From Minutocellus sp. GHC0000111 (taxonomy: Eukaryota), in NCBI GenBank assembly GCA_977018835.1, contig OZ361260.1, positions 1,240,001 to 1,304,000 of the forward strand: a DNA stretch of 64,000 bases, written 5' to 3'. The position numbers and the translations under genes are program-made. The first letter of the stretch is position 1. Each line of letters starts with the position of its first letter. Under the pieces are notes generated by a model, which made no database searches, was not told where the DNA came from, and saw only the letters and a list, made by a program, of their open reading frames with translations. Below are positions 60,243 through 64,000 of this stretch, one piece after another.

Positions 60243-60404
60243 TGTATGTATCATACAGCTGGCTGTTTGTATTGCGGGCGACATGCACTAGCTAGTGCGC
60301 CCCACGCCTCCCTCTAGCTAGCTACGTACGTGTAGAATCCTTTCGGCGAACATGTTTGCAGCGCCACAATGTTGCAGATGATGAAGATGATGCGATGTAT
60401 GCAT

Positions 60405-60809
60405 CTACTCTGCAGGCTCTGTCTCCTTGATACTGCCAGAAACACTGAGTTTGGTTGACGCCATCTTGGCCAGACGCATCGCGTACGAAGGACGAGACCT
60501 GCCAGTGAGCGAAGCAAACTTGAACCTGCGTCGATTCTTCTGTGCCTTGGATCGGCGGCTCAAAGCTTTGTCGCCACTGTCCTCTTTGCCGGTGTGATCT
60601 TCACCCCACTTGATGCCATCGTCGGGCTCACAATCTTCGTCGTCGTTGACATCGACAGTTTTATCCGACTCCCGGACATGTCGGCGGAGAGGAGTCGGAT
60701 TGTCCTTGAGATCTTCTTCAATTATCGTGGTGGCGCTGAAAGTCGCCGTGCTCGAAGAACTGGCATTATTCTTCTCGGATGAGTTGTCAGTGGCGGATTG
60801 CTTCTGCAT
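60405..60809 (-). CDS. Small hypothetical hydrophilic protein
   Basis: 134-aa ORF with ACCACCATG start context. Confidence 0.45.
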   Translation of the reverse strand: MQKQSATDNSSEKNNASSSSTATFSATTIIEEDLKDNPTPLRRHVRESDKTVDVNDDEDCEPDDGIKWGEDHTGKEDSGDKALSRRSKAQKNRRRFKFASLTGRSRPSYAMRLAKMASTKLSVSGSIKETEPAE

Positions 60810-61319
60810 GGTGGTGAGTTAAGGCGTGATTGGAGGCGTATGTAATGAATTGGATTGAAATTGAATTGCAGTTGTTGCCTGTCATCCATGCCACTACTGG
60901 CATACGGGTCAAGCAAACTGATGGTTGAAGGTCTTGTTCTTGCATGGGGCAACCGTCCCGTGCGTTGCTTCTTTCGCCTTCCAGCCTGCTGTCAAATCAT
61001 TTATGGCGGTGGTTTTTGAGGAGGAAAAAGCCATCCGCGCCTCGACACAATACATGTAGCCTCACGAAAGAATAAGGGGAACTAAAAGAGGGATCAGATG
61101 GCCATTTGCCCCCCAGAACTGCGCTTACTTGCACTTGCTTGCTTGCCAAAAACCAGCAGTCAACCCAGCAACACGTGTCGGGTCCGCCGTTGCTCTCTTG
61201 CTTGCCCCTCTTGCCTTGGCTTGTGGCTGCTTGCTGTGCTGGCCTCTTTGGGCATTGAGTGCGAGAGTTGCTGCGCTCGTCGTGACCTCTTCTTTGTTTT
61301 TTATATCTCGCACGCCAGC

Positions 61320-63444
61320 ATGAGATTTACCAGCCCGAACGGCAGCGGCACCATGCCGAAACGGCCGTACGTGAGCCGTCGGGCGGTCCCATCGTCCTCT
61401 CTCGGTGGAATGGGCAGAGCCAATAATAACGGCCTTGGGATTGCCGGTGGGGCATTGAAATGGAAATTGATCAAATGTGCACTGATCAGCAGTGGCGTTG
61501 GTTTGATGGCAAGCGCGCTATTTGGCGTAGGCCTTCTCAGTGGCGGATCTTCGTCGTCAGCAACAATACACAGTGAAGGAGATGCGGCGAGCACATCATC
61601 CAATGCTGCTGATACTGGCGGTGTTCACGGCGTCCACGCGGTGGCCGGTCGAAACTTTTTACAAGCCAAGAGAGAGCCAGACATACCCCAAAATGAGTTG
61701 CCAGCAGGAAATGACAACAACGAGCACATGTCACCCTATGGAGATGAACCACTATCGCCGCTGGCTCGAGGCGTGTCGGGTCTGCCTTTATCTCAAACTC
61801 CAGCTCTCGTGGGTGGCAAGCGAGGGCATATCGAATGCGATGAAGATGTAGACTTTTTGGCGTACTGGAATGATCCCCAGGGAACGCGCGATCGAGAATT
61901 TGTATCGCCATTCGCCGCCGACAAGACAGATGGCGAGCCAAAGTATCTCACGTTCCAGCCGGATAGCGGTGAGTTATGAGTCATCGAGATATATTATGCC
62001 TTATATTTCAGGTTCATTACATGAGAGAATTTCTTCACTTACAAATGCTTATTGATTTGTATTGACTTGGCAGGTGGATGGAATAATATTCGAATGTCGC
62101 TGGAAACAATATTCATCATTGCATTGGCGCTCTATCGGACGTTGGTACTGCCACCGCCAATGCCATTGTATCTGCTCAACAAAGACAAAGGCGACAAGCA
62201 TAGGGAATTTGGTAATTTTTATCCGCTCAAAAGTTCTCAATGGCGCGAGAAGCTCAATATCATATCCACGGAGGAATTCTTGGAACGGGAAGGCGGAGTG
62301 GATGGAAGATTTCCGATACCGGCAGAGAATCGAACGGCGGTGCTCAATGCGGCCAAGGGTTGTGTTCACATGAAGAAAGCCGACAACTTTTGTGGACACT
62401 TGGATCATTATTTGCAGACCGTTGGCACGGTGCCGGTATATCACGCCCAACCGTATGATCCCGACAAGAAGAAGCGAGAAGGGTGCTTTGTGTGGGACGT
62501 AAAGGCGTATCAGAATGGTGGAGGCTCTGCGGCGGACAAAGATGTGCAGGAACGAGCAGAGAAATTCTGTACTGAGGAGCGACACCCCTTCTATTTTACC
62601 AAGGAACTCAACGTCAATCCAATTGTCCATTTCAAGGCCAGTGAGAAGGGGTACAGGTGCGTCTATTCATGGGATTGATAGGTACTGACTTTTTTCTCAT
62701 TTGCACCATCTCTCATGCGCTTCCTTACACTTCTCTCCCAACTTTTCTCTCTCGTGCAGACTGTGCCAGCACTTTTACGGCGCAATGCTATTCAGTGACC
62801 CGGCAATTGGAAACTATTACAAACGCTTCGTCCGAGACTATATGCGCTATCATGATGAGATATATTGCGCGGCAGGCAAGGTGGTCAAGGCGCTACGGAA
62901 AGAGGGAGCTGATCGAGGCTTTGAAGTCGACACTGAAACAGAGGTTGGCGGCTTCTCGGCAATGCACATCCGGCGCGGCGACCTACAGTTCAAGTCTGTC
63001 AAGTTCGGACCTGAGCAGTGGTGGGAGAACACCAAAGAAATCTGGAAGCCGAAGGAGATTCTTTACATTGCAACAGATGAGCGGAATGCTACATTTTTCG
63101 CCCCGCTGAAAGAGCACGCGGACATACGATTTCTTGACGACTACTTCGATGAATTCAATCTCGGTGAGCTCGATCCCAACTACTTGGGAATGATCGACAC
63201 CATCATTGCCACGCACGGGCGGGCTTTTGCCGGTACATTCTTCTCTACCTTCAGTGGTTATATCATCCGAATGCGAGGATATAAAGGCACACCCATGAGG
63301 GACAGCTATTACAGCTTGTTGAAACGTAAGTACGAAATGAGATCATATTACAACGGTCCAGCTCGGCAGATTTTCTCGCACGAGTGGCAAGATGGATGGC
63401 TTGGAATAGACGGCGATACCGAGCCAGAGCATACTATAATATAG
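61320..63444 (+). CDS. GDP-fucose protein O-fucosyltransferase family; introns 61969-62073 and 62657-62759
   Basis: Type II TM; DSG|GWNNIRMSLE, MHIRRGD, LYIATDE, GTFFSTFS. Confidence 0.85.
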
Positions 63445-63696
63445 AATAGAATAAGATACCATCGATGCCATGTTATCGCTTAAGGGTGCCAAAGGCTGTG
63501 CACGCAATGCCCAAGATGAAGCTTCTGCCAATTTGTTCGAAGCAATATGGCCAATCAGCAAGGGGTGTCGATACCATCAGACGTTATGTTACTCATTGCC
63601 CATACCATGGTCCGATCCATGACTGGTTCAAGAGGAACAAGCTTCGGCCATCAAAAAATTACCATCCGCTATCGTGCCGCTATCGTGCCGCAAGAT

Positions 63697-63995
63697 CTAA
63701 TAACGACCATATCCACCATCGCCGCCCTGGTTGCCGCCGCCATATCCGCCGCCACCCTGGCTGTTGTCATCATTGTAAGACGACCATCTGCGTGCCGACC
63801 CCTGAACTGGGACTCCACCGGGCCCACTGATACTCTCGGCGCGGCGGCGTCCACCTTCCTCTTCCACAATGTCGAATTCGACCTCCTCACCATCACCGAG
63901 GCTCTTGAATCCGTCAGAATGAACGGCCGAGTAGTGAGCAAAGCAATCGGGGCTGCCATCGTCGGGGACAATGAATCCAAAGCCCTTCTTGGGGT
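63697..63995 (-). CDS. Cold-shock domain protein with Gly-rich tail (3' exon; 5' part outside the window)
   Basis: Manual translation: [39 protein letters not shown]...GGGGYGGG...Y*. Confidence 0.9.
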
Positions 63996-64000
63996 CTGAG

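Overview
Gene-dense eukaryotic nuclear DNA, inferred to be from a diatom. The evidence is short GT-AG introns, bipartite 'SP+ASAF' plastid presequences, diatom-type C(E/S)GDCD repeats and PGAYAV N-terminal motifs. About 28 genes or gene remnants are recognisable: OMA1-like protease, MsrB, SAM methyltransferase, a giant Tudor/C2H2/DEK-C/SRA chromatin protein, JmjC, a vanadium haloperoxidase-like fragment, ankyrin protein, MATE, ProC, two membrane proteins carrying only a 5'-nucleotidase C-domain around an M6 metalloprotease, HemF/DVR head-to-head, elongase, PSMA2, thioredoxin-like, MYND, TsaA/TRMO, O-fucosyltransferase and a cold-shock protein. Highlights read from the sequence: (1) a TTAA-flanked Kolobok-like transposon (7610-10211) with a gutted transposase but an intact OB-fold + KolX/P2X7-ballast-like gene; (2) a tiny secreted precursor with prohormone-like architecture (SP, acidic pro-region, RK, CGFCIG); (3) catalytic-domain-less nucleotide-binding membrane proteins; (4) a Sola-like non-autonomous element; (5) a duplicated segment with a ~378-bp tandem repeat fused in frame to a thioredoxin gene; (6) many nonsense, frameshift and deletion lesions, suggesting a decaying redundant haplotype or homeolog, or assembly error. 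All domain calls come from motif recognition by eye; no database search was run.
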